From assembly GCA_001464585.1 (NCBI GenBank), contig LNFF01000031.1, positions 67,148 to 131,147 on the forward strand: a stretch of 64,000 nt of DNA, read 5' to 3'. The DNA comes from Gammaproteobacteria bacterium Ga0077554 (GTDB taxonomy: Bacteria > Pseudomonadota > Gammaproteobacteria > Ga0077554 > Ga007554). Of this stretch, positions 60,818 to 64,000 are shown piece by piece. Made by a program: the position numbers and the translations under genes. Each line of letters begins with the position of its first letter. The first letter of the stretch is position 1. A model generated the notes under the pieces. The model made no database searches and had not been told where the DNA came from. It saw only the letters and a list, made by a program, of their open reading frames with translations.

Positions 60818-61096
60818 CTCTTGGTCTTAAAATATATACACTGAGGGGAATTTCATCACGTAGACGGGTACGCCCCTACACTCCTGTAGCGGCAAAATGC
60901 AGGTCTCCTTGAAGGGTTAACGCCACTTAGCGCCAGTTCTCATGAATATGGACAACTTCATGGGAGACATTGCAGATAATATTAAATCGTTTTATAATTC
61001 AAAAGGTTAAATTTAATAAATCTTTCTGGTCAGCTCCAGCAGTGAAATTCCCGGCCAATACCTTATCTATTTCACGTTTTGTTCCGACATATAACC

Positions 61097-61909
61097 ATGC
61101 AACCCAACCCTAAAAACGCCATTGGCGTATTTGACTCCGGTGTCGGCGGCCTGACGGTGGTGCGCACCCTGATGGAGCGCCTGCCGTTTGAAAATATCAT
61201 CTATTTTGGTGATACGGCGCGCGTACCGTATGGCGTAAAGTCGGTCGACACCATCCGTCATTTCACGGCGCAAATCACGCAATTTCTGCTGCAAAAAGAA
61301 GTCAAATTATTGATTATTGCGTGCAATACCATGGCCGCCGTGGCTGCGCAGGTAGTACGCGATCTGTCTGCCGTGCCGGTGCTGGATGTGATTGAGGCTG
61401 GCGCATTGGGCGCCATTGCTACCACCCAACGCAAACAGGTGGGCGTGATCGGTACGCCCACTACAATTAACAGCAACGCCTATGCGCGCGCCATACACCA
61501 GCATGCGGCAGATATCCGTATTTATTCCCAGGCCTGCGCGCTGTTCGTGCCGCTGGTGGAAGAAGGCTGGCTTGACCATGAAGTGACGCGCCTCACTGCA
61601 CACGAATATCTGCGGCCACTACTGGCGCACAACATTGATACACTGGTGCTAGGTTGCACCCATTACCCGCTGCTGATTCCATTATTGCAAGACACTGTGG
61701 GGCCGGATGTGCGCCTCGTTGATTCTGCGGAAACCATGGCGCAACAAACTGCTGCATTGCTGGAAAAAATGAACCTGGCGAACCCGCAACGCCTTGCGCC
61801 GGAATATCACTTCTATGTCACTGACGTGCCGTTGCGTTTTCAGACCATCGGTGAGCGCTTTATGGGACGGGCTTTGCCGAATGTGCATCATCATACAGCG
61901 AAGTGGTAA
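61097..61909 (+). CDS. murI: Glutamate racemase
   Basis: FDSGVGGLTV, DTARVPYG, IACNT, LGCTHYP. Confidence 0.96.
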   Translation: MQPNPKNAIGVFDSGVGGLTVVRTLMERLPFENIIYFGDTARVPYGVKSVDTIRHFTAQITQFLLQKEVKLLIIACNTMAAVAAQVVRDLSAVPVLDVIEAGALGAIATTQRKQVGVIGTPTTINSNAYARAIHQHAADIRIYSQACALFVPLVEEGWLDHEVTRLTAHEYLRPLLAHNIDTLVLGCTHYPLLIPLLQDTVGPDVRLVDSAETMAQQTAALLEKMNLANPQRLAPEYHFYVTDVPLRFQTIGERFMGRALPNVHHHTAKW

Positions 61910-61929
61910 GATTACAGCGAAGTGGTAAG
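61894..61929. repeat. 17-bp direct duplication spanning the murI stop codon
   Basis: tacagcgaagtggtaag at 61894-61910 and 61913-61929. Confidence 0.9.
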
Positions 61930-61965
61930 CGTATACTTGCGCCAAAGATTTCTCGCTCCACTTCG

Positions 61966-62015
61966 ATGTGCATGGATGCACAAGTGCCGTGAGCGCATGG
62001 ATGCGCAAGAACGGT
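61966..62015 (+). mobile_element. GGA double-hairpin mini-element, type C, upstream of hrpB
   Basis: gtgcATGGAtgcacAAGTgccgtgagcgcATGGAtgcgcaagaacggt; the first hairpin and linker are identical to type A copy 2. Confidence 0.75.
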
Positions 62016-62031
62016 GAAATGATATAAAAAC

Positions 62032-64000
62032 ATGTCCCCAACCCCTCGCTATGCCCTCCCCATCGAAGAAATCCTGCCGCAACTGCGCGAAGCTCTTGCG
62101 TCGCATTCAGCCGTGGTATTGCAGGCACCACCTGGCGCCGGTAAGACTACGCTTGTGCCATTGGCCTTATTGGATGAACCGTGGCTGCAAGGCCAGTCAA
62201 TTGTGATGCTGGAACCTCGCCGCCTGGCGACACGTGCAGCAGCGATGCGTATGGCTGATATGCGCGGCGAAAAAGTCGGGCGCACCGTGGGCTACCGCGT
62301 GCGCTTTGATAGCCAGGTGTCGCGCCATACACGCATTGAAGTGGTTACCGAAGGTATACTCACGCGCCGCTTGCAGGGCGACCAGGCACTGGAAGGCGTG
62401 GGGCTGGTGATTTTCGATGAATTTCACGAGCGCAATCTCAACACCGATCTGGCGCTGGCGCTGTGCATCGACAGCCTGCGCACACTGCGCGAAGATCTCA
62501 AAGTGCTGGTGATGTCAGCCACACTGGATGCGGAAGGTGTCGCCAAACTGCTTGGTAACACGCCTATCATCACCAGTATGGGGCGCAGCTTTCCTGTCAC
62601 TGTAAATTATTTTCCGCGCGAACCTGTTGGCCGCCTCGCGGACATCATGGCCGCTGCGTTGCGCCGTGCATTAACAGAGCGCACCGGGGATATTCTTGCC
62701 TTTTTGCCGGGTAGCGGAGAAATTCGCCGCGTACAACAATTGCTGCAAGCCGATGTGGTGTGTGCGGACATCAGCATTCATCCTCTCTATGGCGATCTGC
62801 CGCGTGAAGCGCAAGACAAAGCACTACAGCCCGACACATCCGGGCGGCGCAAAATCGTGCTGGCGACGCCGATTGCCGAAACCAGTTTGACCATTGAAGG
62901 CATTATCACCGTGGTGGACAGCGGCTGGGCGCGCGTGCCGCGCTTTGATCCGAACAGCGGACTGACGCGCCTCGACACCGTGCGCATCTCACGCGCTTCT
63001 GCAGAACAGCGCACCGGGCGTGCCGGACGCCTGTCACCGGGCCACTGCTATCGCCTATGGACTGAGTCCACGCAGCGCGGTCTGCAAGCGCAAACCGCCC
63101 CGGAAATTCTGGCGGCTGACCTCACACCGCTGGCACTGGAACTCGCGCAATGGGGTGTGCGTGATGCCGCCAATCTCGATTGGCTCGACCCGCCGCCCGC
63201 AGGCACCCTGGCACAGGCGCGGCAATTGCTCACCGAATTGGATGCGCTCGACGCCAAGGGCATGATCACTACAACGGGCAAAGCGATGGCGGCACTGCCT
63301 GCGCATCCGCGACTGGCGCATCTACTGCTGAAAGGGGATAAATTAGGGCTGGGTGCTTTGGCCTGCGACATTGCCGCCCTGCTCAGTGAACGCGATATCA
63401 TTAACACGGATGCAACACAAACCCGCTCCTGCGATTTGCTGGAACGCGTTGAAGCGATCATGGCTTTTCGCAAACGCGGCAGGGCTGGTGCGCAAGCGCA
63501 TAACGCCGATCCGTATGCCTGCGAGCGCATTGAACAAACGTCGCAACAATGGCGACGCCTGCTTAATATTAAACACGCCGCCAACGAACTCGCGGCCGCA
63601 CAGGAAAGCACTGGACTATTGCTGGCGCTCGCCTACCCCGACCGCATCGCCGCACAACGCGAAGCTAACACTGGCCGCTATCGCCTCGCCAATGGCCGTG
63701 GCGCGCGCCTCGCCAGCCACGATCATCTTGCCAAATCACCCTATCTGGTCGCCGCGCATCTGAATGCCAACTCCAATACCAGCCACGATACCATTCTCAA
63801 TAAAGGCCATGGCGAGGGCACCATCTACCTCGCCGCGCCCATCACCGTGCAAGCATTGCGCGAACATTTGACACAACACATACAAAGTTACGACAGCGTG
63901 CGTTGGGATACACAACAACAGGCCGTCATCGCGCGCCGCGAAGAACGTCTTGGTGAATTGATTCTTTCAACCCAGGCATGGGACACCGCACCGCCCGAAA
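62032..64000 (+). CDS. hrpB: ATP-dependent helicase HrpB, runs off the right edge
   Basis: Absent from the ORF track. Manual translation: MSPTPRYALPIEEIL...QAPPGAGKTT, EPRRLA, FDEFHER, MSAT, IAETSLTIEG. Confidence 0.93.
   Translation, partial: MSPTPRYALPIEEILPQLREALASHSAVVLQAPPGAGKTTLVPLALLDEPWLQGQSIVMLEPRRLATRAAAMRMADMRGEKVGRTVGYRVRFDSQVSRHTRIEVVTEGILTRRLQGDQALEGVGLVIFDEFHERNLNTDLALALCIDSLRTLREDLKVLVMSATLDAEGVAKLLGNTPIITSMGRSFPVTVNYFPREPVGRLADIMAAALRRALTERTGDILAFLPGSGEIRRVQQLLQADVVCADISIHPLYGDLPREAQDKALQPDTSGRRKIVLATPIAETSLTIEGIITVVDSGWARVPRFDPNSGLTRLDTVRISRASAEQRTGRAGRLSPGHCYRLWTESTQRGLQAQTAPEILAADLTPLALELAQWGVRDAANLDWLDPPPAGTLAQARQLLTELDALDAKGMITTTGKAMAALPAHPRLAHLLLKGDKLGLGALACDIAALLSERDIINTDATQTRSCDLLERVEAIMAFRKRGRAGAQAHNADPYACERIEQTSQQWRRLLNIKHAANELAAAQESTGLLLALAYPDRIAAQREANTGRYRLANGRGARLASHDHLAKSPYLVAAHLNANSNTSHDTILNKGHGEGTIYLAAPITVQALREHLTQHIQSYDSVRWDTQQQAVIARREERLGELILSTQAWDTAPPE

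Overview
A 64-kb chromosomal window, most likely from a chemolithoautotrophic gammaproteobacterium (inferred from csrA, the recA-recX-alaS/lysC-csrA-tRNA gene order and the fadE/fadI/fadJ-type cluster). Left to right: (1) a putative N-acyl-amino-acid biosynthetic locus (O-methyltransferase, nitroreductase-like protein, two PEP-CTERM/exosortase-type acyltransferases) with a sigma54 promoter and palindromic upstream sites; (2) a small accessory patch (orphan antitoxin, truncated RelE, Uma2, Fic); (3) housekeeping, phosphate-scavenging, arginine-catabolism and c-di-GMP genes; (4) tRNA-Arg, tRNA-Ser, csrA, lysC; (5) a ~20-kb CO2-concentrating block between lysC and alaS (SbtB/SbtA-like, SulP, cbbR, alpha-carboxysome operon, McdAB-like, cbbQO, degenerate aldolase); (6) alaS-recX-recA, a beta-oxidation operon, murI and hrpB. 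The most striking unexplained signal is a family of ~49-51-nt double-hairpin mini-elements with GGA loops resembling CsrA sites. I count at least 9 copies: five sit in frame inside unrelated genes, in both orientations and three different frames, and two have inserted into the GGA loops of a third. Start sites were adjusted by eye where RBS or family consensus suggested it. All family assignments come from motif recognition, not database searches.
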